A DNA stretch of 64,000 bases from an uncultured virus (IMG/VR IMGVR_UViG_3300020160_000566). Taxonomy: Duplodnaviria > Heunggongvirae > Uroviricota > Caudoviricetes > Crassvirales. Made by a program: the position numbers and the translations under genes. The stretch lies in IMG/VR virus record IMGVR_UViG_3300020160_000566; one strand, written 5' to 3'. Shown piece after piece: positions 36,395 through 47,025 of the stretch (its first letter is position 1; each line of letters opens with the position of its first letter). Under the pieces are notes generated by a model. That model was not told the DNA's origin and did not search any database. It was given only the letters and a program-made list of their open reading frames with translations.

Positions 36395-38830
36395 TTAACG
36401 TGGCTCAAATTCAGCCATGTCAAAGCCATCAAGGGAATCCTCATTGGATTCAAAATCGATCGGTGGTAAATTGTTCTTTCGTTGATTAATCAATTTAGAT
36501 TGCTCTGAGTTTTGCTGACTAATACGTTTAGCTTTAGCGTCTTCTCTTTCCTTCTCTCTTTTATCAACTGACTGAACTTCAACACCCTTAAGTTGCATTT
36601 GCATATCAAACTCAGTCTGCATCAATTGCTGCTTAAGAATGGCTTCATTCTTCATCTTCTCAATCTCAAAAGCCACCTCAGCTTGCTTAATCTGCATCTT
36701 AGACTGAGTCTCAAGTTGAATCTTCTGCATAGCAGTTTGAGCTGCCATCTGTTGGATTTGAACTTGCTGTTGAGCTTGAATAGCCTGTGTCTGCATTAAA
36801 CGCTGTTGCTCTTTCTCCTCTTTCTTAACTCGCTTGAGTTTTAAGAGTTGGTTAGCCAACTTGAGATTTTTAATCTCGCGTATATCAATTGCATCCTCAA
36901 GGTTAATATCACCCTTAGATAAAGCAACTTGAATATTTTGCTCAAGCTGCGCTTTCTCTTCTTCGTCGGGAGAGATGTCGATGAAAATTCCGAAGTCATA
37001 TACGTATAGGTCTTTAATTTCATTTAAAATAGATACATTGTATTTGCCAATCTTATTGGCGAAGTCATCTCTAAAGTCAGCATACTCTAGAATATCTGCA
37101 ATTCTATACGTAAGTGCTTCAGCTATTGATTTGAACATATATAGACTACCGTCAAGAATGTGACGTGTAGCAGTGTTTGAGTTAAGCGCTGCAAGCTTCT
37201 GAACACCAATTAACGCACGCGGATCAGGGTCTGAACCATCACGCGCCTCATTAAGACCTGTTACTGAACGCAACATATCCATATAGTGATTGTAGTTTGC
37301 GATAAGCATCTGCGTCTTAGCAGAACCGGAGTTGCTGTTTAACTCTTGGATTGGAACGCGAGCATTGTTGAACTCACCATCTTGGGTGTAGCTACGTCCA
37401 ATTACACTACCCGTTTGGAAGTATAGTCGAAGTGCATCCTCAGGATTGTAAGCCGCTCCTGTACCAAGGTCAACCTCATTGAGACCATCGGCATCGATGA
37501 ATACACCATCAGGCACAACACGTGCAATTACTTGCTGAAGCTTCAAGTGCGTCAACTGAATCAAGTCAGCAAATGGTATCATTCTACGAACCATTGACTC
37601 AATAACACCTTTGTACATACGTGGAGCAACAGCTACGTAGTTTGGTAAAGCGTGCTGAGTAGCTGACTTTGGTCTAACCATATTCTCAGCCATCTCCCAC
37701 TTAAGTAGAATATTGGTACCCATGACCATAATTCCATTATACCAAACGTCAATTGTTTTCTCGATTTTTTCAAAGCGACCTTCTTCCATCATCTCCACAG
37801 GAGGATTGAAGTTGTCGTCTTTCTCAATTACTCTCGTATTTCCATTGTCAAGAATTTTTTTCTTGTATACAATTTTTTTAGTAGTCTTATAGTTAAAGTA
37901 AAGAAGAGTGCACGTATCACGGTAAAAAACATTATTCTCGTAGAACTGAGCTACATTGTAGTAGTCATACCAACTTTGGCTGTATTTTGAAATTTGCTCC
38001 AAGTCCTCACGCGTTAGCGATTGGTCAATCTTGTAAAGCTCTGTAATTGAAAGCGTTCTGATTTCACCCCAATAGAAACAATCTCTAAAGTATGGGTCTT
38101 CAGTGTAGCTGTAAACAATGTTTGCGGGATCTACGTATGAGATTTGAACACCTGCTCCCGGAAGGAACTCGTGTTTCTCTACAGCGATACCAATAGTCAT
38201 TAGGTCGTAGTCACACTGCTTACGAATATTGTCATATCTATTCTCATCAAGAATAGTGTTGATAGCCTCCTCCTCTGCAATCTCAATGGCAGGTTTGTAG
38301 TTGAGGTTCATATACAATGATAGCTCTTCGTCAGTGCTTGGAAGCTCATCAGGGTTCATCACAAATGGATCAACACCTGTCTGCTCTTGTATATTCATCA
38401 GAAGGTCTTTTGCAACCATCTGACTCTCAATCATATCTTGATACTTGTTTCTTTTTGCCTGAGACATTCCATCCTGAGCATATGCCTTAACCTTGAATAA
38501 ACGGTCAGACATTCCATTGACAACAATGTCAACAAACTTAGGAATGATTGGCACAGGTGTCCAATCAAGGTTGATGTATGATAGGTCACCATCAACAGCA
38601 AGCTCATCCTTGTATTTGGCAATAGGCTGCTCACCACGCGCATATAAACGCAAGCGGTGGAAGTCACGCCATTGGCTGTAATATCTACATTGGTTACCAT
38701 CCTTGCGGAACCACTCGTATTGTATGGCCTGTCCAACTTGGAGACCAAACTCATCGGTTGCTTTTTCTGCATCAGTTGCGAATTGACTCGGAAATGATGT
38801 AGATGATATGTTTACGATTACTTCTTTCAT
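36395..38830 (-). CDS. portal protein
   Basis: 811 aa directly downstream of TerL; PIIPKFVDIVV; Q-rich C-terminal barrel coil. Confidence 0.75.
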   Translation of the reverse strand: MKEVIVNISSTSFPSQFATDAEKATDEFGLQVGQAIQYEWFRKDGNQCRYYSQWRDFHRLRLYARGEQPIAKYKDELAVDGDLSYINLDWTPVPIIPKFVDIVVNGMSDRLFKVKAYAQDGMSQAKRNKYQDMIESQMVAKDLLMNIQEQTGVDPFVMNPDELPSTDEELSLYMNLNYKPAIEIAEEEAINTILDENRYDNIRKQCDYDLMTIGIAVEKHEFLPGAGVQISYVDPANIVYSYTEDPYFRDCFYWGEIRTLSITELYKIDQSLTREDLEQISKYSQSWYDYYNVAQFYENNVFYRDTCTLLYFNYKTTKKIVYKKKILDNGNTRVIEKDDNFNPPVEMMEEGRFEKIEKTIDVWYNGIMVMGTNILLKWEMAENMVRPKSATQHALPNYVAVAPRMYKGVIESMVRRMIPFADLIQLTHLKLQQVIARVVPDGVFIDADGLNEVDLGTGAAYNPEDALRLYFQTGSVIGRSYTQDGEFNNARVPIQELNSNSGSAKTQMLIANYNHYMDMLRSVTGLNEARDGSDPDPRALIGVQKLAALNSNTATRHILDGSLYMFKSIAEALTYRIADILEYADFRDDFANKIGKYNVSILNEIKDLYVYDFGIFIDISPDEEEKAQLEQNIQVALSKGDINLEDAIDIREIKNLKLANQLLKLKRVKKEEKEQQRLMQTQAIQAQQQVQIQQMAAQTAMQKIQLETQSKMQIKQAEVAFEIEKMKNEAILKQQLMQTEFDMQMQLKGVEVQSVDKREKEREDAKAKRISQQNSEQSKLINQRKNNLPPIDFESNEDSLDGFDMAEFEPR

Positions 38831-41088
38831 GTATTCAAGGAGCTAATATTCCCTTTATTATTATATGTAGCAAATTTAATGCTTATTTTTGACTCTTTTA
38901 CCTCAGGTTGATATAAGTGCTTCTGACAAGCCATAATAGCCAATCCTGAGCTGATTGTCGCATCAAACATTGTACGATCGCTAATATCAAATTTAGCCCA
39001 ATCCTCTAGTGTTTTGTTGAACGGCATAAAGCCCATCTCCCCATCTTCTCTAACACCGATGTACTTCTCGATGTGACTTTCAATAGCCGCAGCGTGCGCC
39101 TGCTTGACATCCTCTGATGAGTTTGGTATACCACCTAGCTCACGCTCTGTCTTAGACAACTTAGCGTACACCTTATCAGGACGATTGATACAGAACCCAC
39201 GGTAACCTCTGTTCTTAAAGTGATACAGCAAACGCGGTTTGTTGTTCTCAATCAAGATTGGCATACCATAAAATACACAGGCCATCAATACCTCCTCAAA
39301 GAATATCTCTGCGGTCTGTGGACGCGCAATGTATTCTAAGAAGAATTGGTTTATAGGCGCCTCATCCATGTGGTATTTGGTTAGACCATGCAGTGCGCCA
39401 TTTGAACCGCGCCCTATCACAACTCCTGAGATGTCATAGGAGTCACAGCCAAAGGCACCAATGTGCTCATTGCCGGGATACCTAATGCCATTCTTTGTGT
39501 ACACTTGGTTTTGTAAATGCCTTGCAGGAGCCCATGCTATCAAGAACCTTCCCCTTCGATCAGGAGTGAATACCACTTGAGTATCTTTGATACCATCCTT
39601 CCAACTAAATGAACCTCTAGTGTAGTGGTGCTCTTTAATCAATGTATCATTAAAGTCAATCTGCTGATATATCTTGGTCAAGTTAAATAGAGCGGCCTTA
39701 CTTTCATCTCTGAATGCGTGCGACTCTGTTCTTGGGAACTGACGGTAGAATTCGTTAAGTGCGTCAGGGTCGTTCTTCAATGAGTCAACCTCTGCCTCCC
39801 AATAGTCAATGGCCCCATTAACAATCATATTCCCATCAACACCTTTGATTGGCGCATTTGGTTTACGCAATACAGGCATCCCATAAAGGTCAATGAAGCC
39901 CTCCATGTTCCACTCCATTGGGATGAATAGACCATAAAGCCCCGACTTTGTTTGACCATTGGCATTTCGTGTAGACGGCTTAGAATCCTCATATAAGTCT
40001 TTGTAGTTTTGACCACCTTTGCTCAATGCATTGGATGTTGATCCCATCATACACTTACCGATAATCTTAGAACCCAATCGCAAACACGTCTTGGTTACAC
40101 GCCAATTGTTCAGGATGTTATTTGGCTTAGTCCATTTGGCACTTTCGTCATGCGCCAAGAATAATAACTTCTCACCATCGTATGAGTTTTCGTCAGTATT
40201 TTTCCAGTCAATTGTTGTGTCAAGGCCATCTACGCCATCCTCATCAATCTCATGCATATTCTTTTTGGTAATCTTGGAAGCAGGAACACGATAGGCAAGC
40301 TCTGTCTTTGGTTTATCCATACCATCCATCACCGGCTTGAAGAAGAACGGCAAGTTGCTGTTGATGGGCACAACCTTATCGGTGAACATCTTTTTGGCAT
40401 CGGAACCTGTCTTTGACAAGATACCAACCCGTGAATCTTTAGCGAGAGTTGCAATATTCACGCATTCTGATGACGACATAAAGGAGAAACCGGAACGACG
40501 TATCTTTAAATATACCATACCAAAGCTTCTATAGTCAGCCTTACAGGCCTCCCAATAGATAAAGAAGATACGATTTGCTTCCCGGAAGTCAGGGTATCCG
40601 ACGTCAATCTTAGACCACTGAAGGTACATATAGTGGGAACCCGTCATATATGTCGGGGTGCCGTTGTTCATAAACCAATGCCCTTGATCTCTGCGATCAA
40701 ACTCTTGCTCTATGTAGTCAACGTATTGCGCCTTGAACTCTTTAGGCATCTCATGCCATTGGAAGATTGACTGAATGCGACCCAACTGTTTTGGTATATC
40801 TTCTCTCTGCCAATACTGCTCAGATGACTTTGTGCTTCTGCTATGACAGTTCTTTGGAACGTCAGGTAGCGCGATATAAACACCATTGATGTTGTATATC
40901 TCGCCTATTCTACCTGTCTTTGACAATATAACAACATCGTATTGGTCATTATAACCATGCAACCAACTGTTGTTGCGATTCTTTCTTTCAAAAACTACTT
41001 TTGGGATGTGGCCTTTTACGACTGTATATAACCTATTTAGCTCTTCGCTCTGCGAATCCCTGTTTAATGTCAAGCTTTGGTGATTCAT
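38827..41088 (-). CDS. terL: terminase large subunit
   Basis: Walker A-like KIRRSGFS, Walker B LAHDE, GSTSN, nuclease FGCDSYD. Confidence 0.8.
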   Translation of the reverse strand: MNHQSLTLNRDSQSEELNRLYTVVKGHIPKVVFERKNRNNSWLHGYNDQYDVVILSKTGRIGEIYNINGVYIALPDVPKNCHSRSTKSSEQYWQREDIPKQLGRIQSIFQWHEMPKEFKAQYVDYIEQEFDRRDQGHWFMNNGTPTYMTGSHYMYLQWSKIDVGYPDFREANRIFFIYWEACKADYRSFGMVYLKIRRSGFSFMSSSECVNIATLAKDSRVGILSKTGSDAKKMFTDKVVPINSNLPFFFKPVMDGMDKPKTELAYRVPASKITKKNMHEIDEDGVDGLDTTIDWKNTDENSYDGEKLLFLAHDESAKWTKPNNILNNWRVTKTCLRLGSKIIGKCMMGSTSNALSKGGQNYKDLYEDSKPSTRNANGQTKSGLYGLFIPMEWNMEGFIDLYGMPVLRKPNAPIKGVDGNMIVNGAIDYWEAEVDSLKNDPDALNEFYRQFPRTESHAFRDESKAALFNLTKIYQQIDFNDTLIKEHHYTRGSFSWKDGIKDTQVVFTPDRRGRFLIAWAPARHLQNQVYTKNGIRYPGNEHIGAFGCDSYDISGVVIGRGSNGALHGLTKYHMDEAPINQFFLEYIARPQTAEIFFEEVLMACVFYGMPILIENNKPRLLYHFKNRGYRGFCINRPDKVYAKLSKTERELGGIPNSSEDVKQAHAAAIESHIEKYIGVREDGEMGFMPFNKTLEDWAKFDISDRTMFDATISSGLAIMACQKHLYQPEVKESKISIKFATYNNKGNISSLNT

Positions 41089-41317
41089 CTTTTACCTCCT
41101 CCAATATAGCCTTCTCGGCTTCGATTTTATTTAGAATTTCGAATGCATCAAATATAGCTAATCGTTTTGACGCAGCAGCGTTCTTTAATTTGTCCACTGA
41201 TAAGTCATCCTCAGGATCAGGTTTAATGATATCCTCTTTAGCAACCTTGATGAGTTGCTCAACGGCTCTGTATCCTGCCTCAATAATATTACGTCTTAAG
41301 TCTTTCTCTCTACTCAT
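41033..41317 (-). CDS. putative terminase small subunit
   Basis: small helical protein directly upstream of TerL. Confidence 0.4.
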   Translation of the reverse strand: MSREKDLRRNIIEAGYRAVEQLIKVAKEDIIKPDPEDDLSVDKLKNAAASKRLAIFDAFEILNKIEAEKAILEEVKDESPKLDIKQGFAERRAK

Positions 41318-41877
41318 AATTTCACTGTGATTTGATGGTCATACATACGGTATAGCTTCTCATCGTCTACGATAAACTCATACTCACTCTCAGGTTTAAA
41401 GCACACCTTATCTCCGGCCTTTACTCCGGCCTTTATAAGCGCCTCGTTTGGATAGCGCATAATGCCCATCAGTGGCTCTTCGCTTAATGGCTTGTAGATG
41501 TACGACTCCTCAGGTTTAACAGGCTCAACAAAGCAATACTTGTCGTAGGCCATCCAAGACTCTCCATCATGGAACATATAAAACTGATCGGGCTCAATAA
41601 GAAATAAATCTTCTTTGAAGAAGCTCTTACCGCTCTTGCGGCGACCCTTCATGTCGTTGTAGAACTTGAATACGTTGTGATGTACAAGTAGCTTATGCCC
41701 GGGCTTGATAGGCCCTTCATATCCTAGTGGTATCTCGACAACCTCTGCCTCTCTATTTGAAAACCTATGGTCTTCTTCTGAAGTGCTTATAATAAGGTCG
41801 ATACCACCAATATCCTTGGTGTTGTTGTATCTCTTCCCCTTAAGTGGTTTAGTGATAAAGTAAAATGGTGATTGCAT
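41314..41877 (-). CDS. GroES-like co-chaperonin, apparently two tandem GroES-like domains
   Basis: GGIDLII...AEVVEIP...IKPGHKLLVH and FVEPV...GVKAGDKVCF...YEFIVDDEKLYRM. Confidence 0.6.
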   Translation of the reverse strand: MQSPFYFITKPLKGKRYNNTKDIGGIDLIISTSEEDHRFSNREAEVVEIPLGYEGPIKPGHKLLVHHNVFKFYNDMKGRRKSGKSFFKEDLFLIEPDQFYMFHDGESWMAYDKYCFVEPVKPEESYIYKPLSEEPLMGIMRYPNEALIKAGVKAGDKVCFKPESEYEFIVDDEKLYRMYDHQITVKL

Positions 41878-42104
41878 TAGATATTTATATTGTACTCAAT
41901 GGCAACAGGAACGGTATTATTGAACTCTTTCCAAAGGACAATCTCATTCTTATCATTGGCAATATAAATCTTAATTGATTGCTTGTAGTCGTCGTACTTG
42001 ATGAGGTGAATATCTTGAGTATCACCTAGTACTTTCTGACCAACAATGTAATGCATTGCTCCACCCTTGTAGTCCGGTCCGACTGATATTTTCCTGATTT
42101 CCAT
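41877..42104 (-). CDS. conserved hypothetical protein
   Basis: IRKISVGPDYK...AMHY. Confidence 0.7.
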   Translation of the reverse strand: MEIRKISVGPDYKGGAMHYIVGQKVLGDTQDIHLIKYDDYKQSIKIYIANDKNEIVLWKEFNNTVPVAIEYNINI

Positions 42105-42140
42105 TGAATTTAATTTCTAAAATAAGTCACCTGACATATT

Positions 42141-42374
42141 TTATTTTTTTGTGACCTCTCCGGTTTGAAGGTTGATTACAGCATCCTCACCGTACTTGTC
42201 CATTAGACCTTTTTCGTGTTGCTGAAACTCTAGTCTTAGCATATCAATATGCTTTAATAGACCGTGCTTCTGTAGCTCAACGTCAGCAAGCTGAATCTTT
42301 AGCTTGTTAAACTCGTTGTGCATTCCTTGAGTAGCCTCTAGCTCCTCCTTAGTTAAAAACTTTTCTACTTTCAT
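42141..42374 (-). CDS. small coiled-coil protein
   Basis: ends KYG...INLQTGE. Confidence 0.7.
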   Translation of the reverse strand: MKVEKFLTKEELEATQGMHNEFNKLKIQLADVELQKHGLLKHIDMLRLEFQQHEKGLMDKYGEDAVINLQTGEVTKK

Positions 42375-42404
42375 TGGATTTAATTTTTACAAAGATACAA
42401 TTTA

Positions 42405-43277
42405 TTAGATAATTATTTTTGTTGAGTCAATAGTCTTTTCCATCCTATCTATACCATTCTTTATTATACGTATATTTTTAAGACGAAGTATACGTCCACC
42501 AATTGGTTTTGGTGGAGCACCTCTCTCAACATGCCAACCATGATGCCCATCCTCATACTCCTCTTTATAGGTACCTGTAAGCATTAAATGAATCTGACGC
42601 TGCTTCATTTGATAACCTAAGTTTGGATGATGCTGAATCATATCTCTAACGTCATTACGTGATGCGTTCTCATGAATGTGACCCATTGTAAATACATCAA
42701 AGTCCTCATAAAGCTCTAGCGCTCTAGTCAGATTTATGGCGCCCTTTGTAACAATTCCACCGCCTCCTGAGCCATGGAAGTATTTCACCTTGTATGGCAA
42801 CATATTTCTAGTGCCAATCTTAAATACCAACCACCCGCCGTAGCCTCCAACCTGTACGTTTGTGCCGCACTTAAGGTTGAGTAGATCAACAAATCGCTGA
42901 AGTATGTCAGTCTCCTGCCATTTGATGACACCTGTCTCATGGTTACCATATCCAATTACTGTTAAGATGTCAGCATATGGCGTCCACCACTCTACAGCAG
43001 TCTCAACAATTGAGTCTAGGTATCTGAAATTATTGTGTTCAGGTCTAATGTCAGACTTGTTTCTACGATTATCGCCACGACCCTGCATCAAACAGAAAAA
43101 ATCGCCATTTATCATGACGGGTATGTTGTTCTTCTTGAAGTAATCTAGGTGACTTCTCAAGACATCCCAATCGCACTTTGGATTGTCCCAATGGATGTCT
43201 GATAGCATTGCTATCTGAAAATCATCTGTCGGGACGATTAACTCATGTAAATTTTTTGAGTGCTTGATTAATTGCAT
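42405..43277 (-). CDS. calcineurin-like metallophosphoesterase
   Basis: SDIH, NGD, GNHE, FHG, GHIH motifs. Confidence 0.85.
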   Translation of the reverse strand: MQLIKHSKNLHELIVPTDDFQIAMLSDIHWDNPKCDWDVLRSHLDYFKKNNIPVMINGDFFCLMQGRGDNRRNKSDIRPEHNNFRYLDSIVETAVEWWTPYADILTVIGYGNHETGVIKWQETDILQRFVDLLNLKCGTNVQVGGYGGWLVFKIGTRNMLPYKVKYFHGSGGGGIVTKGAINLTRALELYEDFDVFTMGHIHENASRNDVRDMIQHHPNLGYQMKQRQIHLMLTGTYKEEYEDGHHGWHVERGAPPKPIGGRILRLKNIRIIKNGIDRMEKTIDSTKIII

Positions 43278-43734
43278 ACCTTATGATTATAGTGAGTATT
43301 ACACCTGTCACTAAACCAAATAGGAATAGGTTTTGGCTTTTCTTATTTTGTCTAGTTTTTTGCTTAATTAACTTGACATTAGACTTTAAGCTGTCACGAT
43401 GCATTTTGACATCAGCCTTTAAGCTGTCAGAGTACATCCTTCTAATGGTCTTGAGGCTATCGCTAAACTTGCGCTTATCCAATCTTATCTCAAGCCTCGT
43501 TTTAGGCACAATACTTTGCTTGTAACGAATGATTGTATCTTTTTGGACCAAGATCTTCTCCCACACAATTGAGTCGTGCACGATGACAGGAATTGAGTCT
43601 ATCGAAGTTATCTGAATTGTATCAGAGACCTCCTCGCATCGGTACCCTTTCTTTATGGCCTTGTTTAGGTGGTAGTTTGACGAGCACGCAAAAAGTAGGT
43701 GCAGCGCAGCAAGAGTAAGTGCAAGTCTTTTCAT
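43243..43734 (-). CDS. lipoprotein with C-terminal TM helix; putative unimolecular spanin
   Basis: lipobox LLFA-C, beta-rich middle, C-terminal LFLFGLVTGVILTIII. Confidence 0.6.
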   Translation of the reverse strand: MKRLALTLAALHLLFACSSNYHLNKAIKKGYRCEEVSDTIQITSIDSIPVIVHDSIVWEKILVQKDTIIRYKQSIVPKTRLEIRLDKRKFSDSLKTIRRMYSDSLKADVKMHRDSLKSNVKLIKQKTRQNKKSQNLFLFGLVTGVILTIIIRYAINQALKKFT

Positions 43735-44036
43735 TACTTAAAAAATGAGCGCTTCTTATCAGCGCGGTTCTTTGATTGAGACTGCATACGTGTACGCGTG
43801 CGAGACTTGTGGGCTACGTCCTTACCATCTCCGTTCCCGTAGGTACCACGCTCACGGTTCTCTTTGTTGAGGCCGGCACGGTATTCTTTACGCTCATCTG
43901 AAGAGTGGTATTCCTTGTCATACTTCTCCTTCTTGGCTCTCGCCTCAGGGTTTGACTGATAATACTTAGCACTCCTTGATGTACCTGTTTTAGTTCCTGC
44001 TAATTTGTTTCTCATCTTTGATAAGGTTATAAACAA
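43734..44036 (-). CDS. small basic protein with degenerate HNH-like motif (likely start at MRNKL)
   Basis: GDGKDVAH...SKNRA. Confidence 0.55.
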   Translation of the reverse strand: MFITLSKMRNKLAGTKTGTSRSAKYYQSNPEARAKKEKYDKEYHSSDERKEYRAGLNKENRERGTYGNGDGKDVAHKSRTRTRMQSQSKNRADKKRSFFK

Positions 44037-44093
44037 AGACAGTAGCCACTAATGAGCTACTGTACTTTTTATTTGGTATCCATTTTGCGATTA

Positions 44094-44687
44094 TCATCTA
44101 TAGACAATGTATCGTGAGAATGGTACAGACATCGTTGATGTTGATGCAACGTTTGAAACTGCAACCATAAAGTAATTATCAACTGTTATATCTATATTGT
44201 AAGATCCATCTGCAAAAGGGCTATTAGACTCATCTGTTAAAGCCTCAGACCCAAAATCATGTCCTCTTAATACAGAGTTTTTGATATAGAATGTTCTAGA
44301 AAAAGAGGCACTTCGTGTTGAAGTACTAGTTCCTAAAGCAAAGGCCAAGTTTGTAGAGCCTGTTAAGTTATTTGATGTATTTACAAATAATCTAACTGTA
44401 GAAGAAGTTACGTTAGCATCAGTCTTTAAAAATCTTGAGACAAAATCTAAAGTACAATCATCAGTCAATGTGTTAGCAGGAATCATAACGCTAGATAATA
44501 TGACAAGAGTACCTACACCTGTTAAGGTACCACCAAGCATATCATCAAATTTAAAGGAAGATGCATTTGTTAAAGATAAAATATCAGCAATCCTAAAGTT
44601 AGCTGTAGCATTATTCGTAGAAACATTTGTTCCTATCAATATATCATTTGTTGTAGGTGCCTCTACAGAATAGTTTTGTATTTTCAT
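44094..44687 (-). CDS. beta-rich, probably virion-associated protein
   Basis: S/T/N-rich, 197 aa. Confidence 0.55.
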   Translation of the reverse strand: MKIQNYSVEAPTTNDILIGTNVSTNNATANFRIADILSLTNASSFKFDDMLGGTLTGVGTLVILSSVMIPANTLTDDCTLDFVSRFLKTDANVTSSTVRLFVNTSNNLTGSTNLAFALGTSTSTRSASFSRTFYIKNSVLRGHDFGSEALTDESNSPFADGSYNIDITVDNYFMVAVSNVASTSTMSVPFSRYIVYR

Positions 44688-44821
44688 CTTCCTTGTCCTT
44701 TATATGACTTTTTATAACTTTTAGAAGACTTCAACTTAGATGTCTTGCACTTTGCATGAACACCGGGTCTGCTTACCTTAACCTTTACGATTGATGTAGA
44801 CTCTGATTTATTCTTCTTCAT
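44684..44821 (-). CDS. 45-aa highly basic protein ending KSYKGQGR (not in ORF track)
   Basis: Hand translation; TAAATTTG promoter box just upstream; ATGA coupling to the next gene. Confidence 0.65.
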   Translation of the reverse strand: MKKNKSESTSIVKVKVSRPGVHAKCKTSKLKSSKSYKKSYKGQGR

Positions 44822-44844
44822 GTCACAAATTTACTAAATATTTG

Positions 44845-45480
44845 TTACATTTTCCAAACAAACCCACCTGCTGTATTTTGCCTTCCTTTTAGGCAATCAG
44901 TTATAGCTGTTCTATTTAATTTATATTCATTAATTGCATATTGTGCGCACTCCCAAGTCTTAATAAAAACACCTTCTTTCGTGTACTGATGCACTTCAAA
45001 AGCTCTTCCGTTTTTATGTCCTTTGCTTTCTAACCAATGACCAGTATTTTTATTCTTATGTGTAATGGACATTTTAAGCTTGGTTTCTTCGGTAGGTTTT
45101 CTATTTTTAGCTTTTAGGCCAATCTTTTTTTTAGTTTCTTCTGATACTTTATGACCAATAAGAGATTGTCTTCTTTTTTCATTGATCTCTTCACCTAAAT
45201 ATCCGCCACCACCACCATCAGCAATGTTACAAAGAGTTCCTGATTGAGAATGTTTTTTATATAAACAAATGAACTCAATTTCTTTTTGACAAGCTTCTTC
45301 CCATGTTAAATCATCCATTAGTATTTCTACTTTATATTCTGTCTGATTAACAATATGATGCCAATATGGATTTCTATTTTTATTAGATTCAGCTCTATTA
45401 AAATTTAAATCACTCTTGCCTATACCAATATAAAATGGTACATTTTTATCAAGTCTAATATGTCTATATACGTATGCCAT
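44845..45480 (-). mobile_element. free-standing GIY-YIG-like homing endonuclease with NUMOD3/NUMOD1-like DNA-binding tail
   Basis: YVYRH...FYIGIG...LCNIADGG; HKVSEETKKKI; TAGGFVWK. Confidence 0.75.
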
Positions 45481-45959
45481 TATTTTAAATCGGCATCTGT
45501 TTTGTATGGTATATACTTTGTAGCACCACCAACCTTCTTGGCTACAAGAATTTGCTTGCGCTGTTTTCCTGAACTTTCATATGACACATGAACCCATGCA
45601 GGATTGCTATTCACAGGGAACTCTGCGATAAGTTGGTCAAATTCTAAGTTGTCCTTGATGAAGTTAAAGATTTGAGCGTTTGTGATAGATGTACCATCCA
45701 TGTCGATATCAATCGCTTCACCAGTGCAATGTTGACTAGATGCGCTGCCCCCTACGGCCTTGTTCAAAGCAGCAGAGCGGTAGCCTGATGAGATGTGAAT
45801 AGGAACACCAAAGTGCTCACGGATTGGTTGGAACACGTTCTCAGCTAACTTCTTGAAGTTCTCCAAGTGCTCAGGTGTAGGCATATTAGAAATGCCTTTA
45901 CGTTTTGCAGTTTCGCTACGTGTTACTTCTGCTAGTGCTAAATTTTTACTCAGTTGCAT
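45480..45959 (-). CDS. endolysin, peptidase M15A family
   Basis: ISSGYRS...SQHCTGEAIDI...WVHVSY. Confidence 0.85.
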   Translation of the reverse strand: MQLSKNLALAEVTRSETAKRKGISNMPTPEHLENFKKLAENVFQPIREHFGVPIHISSGYRSAALNKAVGGSASSQHCTGEAIDIDMDGTSITNAQIFNFIKDNLEFDQLIAEFPVNSNPAWVHVSYESSGKQRKQILVAKKVGGATKYIPYKTDADLK

Positions 45960-46200
45960 CTTTATCTTTATTTTTAAGTTTCATAATACGTCCGGCAGTT
46001 GTGATGCCAAACGCTCCCAAAGTTAGTAACATAAATCCATCAAAGATAAATTCTTTAATGACAAGTTCGTTACCAATTACACCGGTGATTACATCTGTCA
46101 ATAAGACAAACACCATTGCGAAAAACGAGATGACACCAACAAAGGCCTGCTCGTTAATTTGATTATCGTCTGAGATTAACTCTCTGAAAAACTTTTTCAT
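45946..46200 (-). CDS. putative holin (two TM helices)
   Basis: two hydrophobic helices and a basic C-tail; adjacent to the endolysin. Confidence 0.55.
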   Translation of the reverse strand: MKKFFRELISDDNQINEQAFVGVISFFAMVFVLLTDVITGVIGNELVIKEFIFDGFMLLTLGAFGITTAGRIMKLKNKDKDATE

Positions 46201-46751
46201 AGTTTAAAAATATTTAGTTTAGGTCTTTTTGGTTTTACTACATCGTAGTGCCAACCAACAGGCGGTTCTTTTTGTTTATTATCATCAGGGCAGTCTTCTG
46301 TTCTCTTGTAGAACATTATGTCACCCGTATAGTCATCCTTTCTTACAACGTAGTCAGATAAGTCCACAGCTACTATCTCATTGTTTATGTATGAGTAGTA
46401 AATCCAAGCTCCCTCAATGGCTCTCTTCTGAAGCCACTGACGTATGGTGTCAAGCTTATCTTCACGTACAATCTGTAGGTCAATCACGTTTCTGTACTGA
46501 ACAACCTGTTGGCTGTAGAACATAAGCACTGTATCCCTAACTGATATAATAGAGTCCTTTGTCTTTACATCGGACTTAAATCTTGCAATCCTAGCCTTTT
46601 GATTTTCAAATATTGAGTTTATTGTATCAGCCTGTGCCTTTGTTAGTATGACAACAGAGTCACCATCAATTACCGTCTGAAGTGGGTAACGTGATTGGCT
46701 GAAACTCAAACTGCTTACCAGTAGACTGACTACGAACAATATCTTTCTCAT
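46197..46751 (-). CDS. secreted protein with coiled coil, lysis module
   Basis: Sec-type signal MRKILFVVSLLVSSLSFS-Q. Confidence 0.55.
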   Translation of the reverse strand: MRKILFVVSLLVSSLSFSQSRYPLQTVIDGDSVVILTKAQADTINSIFENQKARIARFKSDVKTKDSIISVRDTVLMFYSQQVVQYRNVIDLQIVREDKLDTIRQWLQKRAIEGAWIYYSYINNEIVAVDLSDYVVRKDDYTGDIMFYKRTEDCPDDNKQKEPPVGWHYDVVKPKRPKLNIFKL

Positions 46752-47025
46752 TATCTAGTTCTTTTTTAATATCTTTTACAACCGACTTGGTACTGTCTAG
46801 GTCTCCTATGACCTCAGATACCATGTCTTGTAAGTTCTCTTTATCAGCTTTTAATTCGTTTACACTATTAGTAAGTTTCTTATTAGCTGTTGTAAGCTTC
46901 TTGTTCTCACCGGTTAGCTGTATGTTATCTTCTACGACAACAACGTGACCATGTCCGCTTGAGAATACTTGCGTTACCACAAGTATAATAAATAGAGAGC
47001 CTACAATAATGAGCTTACGTTTCAT
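46666..47025 (-). CDS. membrane-anchored coiled-coil protein (i-spanin-like)
   Basis: N-terminal TM plus heptad repeats; overlaps the next gene. Confidence 0.5.
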   Translation of the reverse strand: MKRKLIIVGSLFIILVVTQVFSSGHGHVVVVEDNIQLTGENKKLTTANKKLTNSVNELKADKENLQDMVSEVIGDLDSTKSVVKDIKKELDNEKDIVRSQSTGKQFEFQPITLPTSDGN

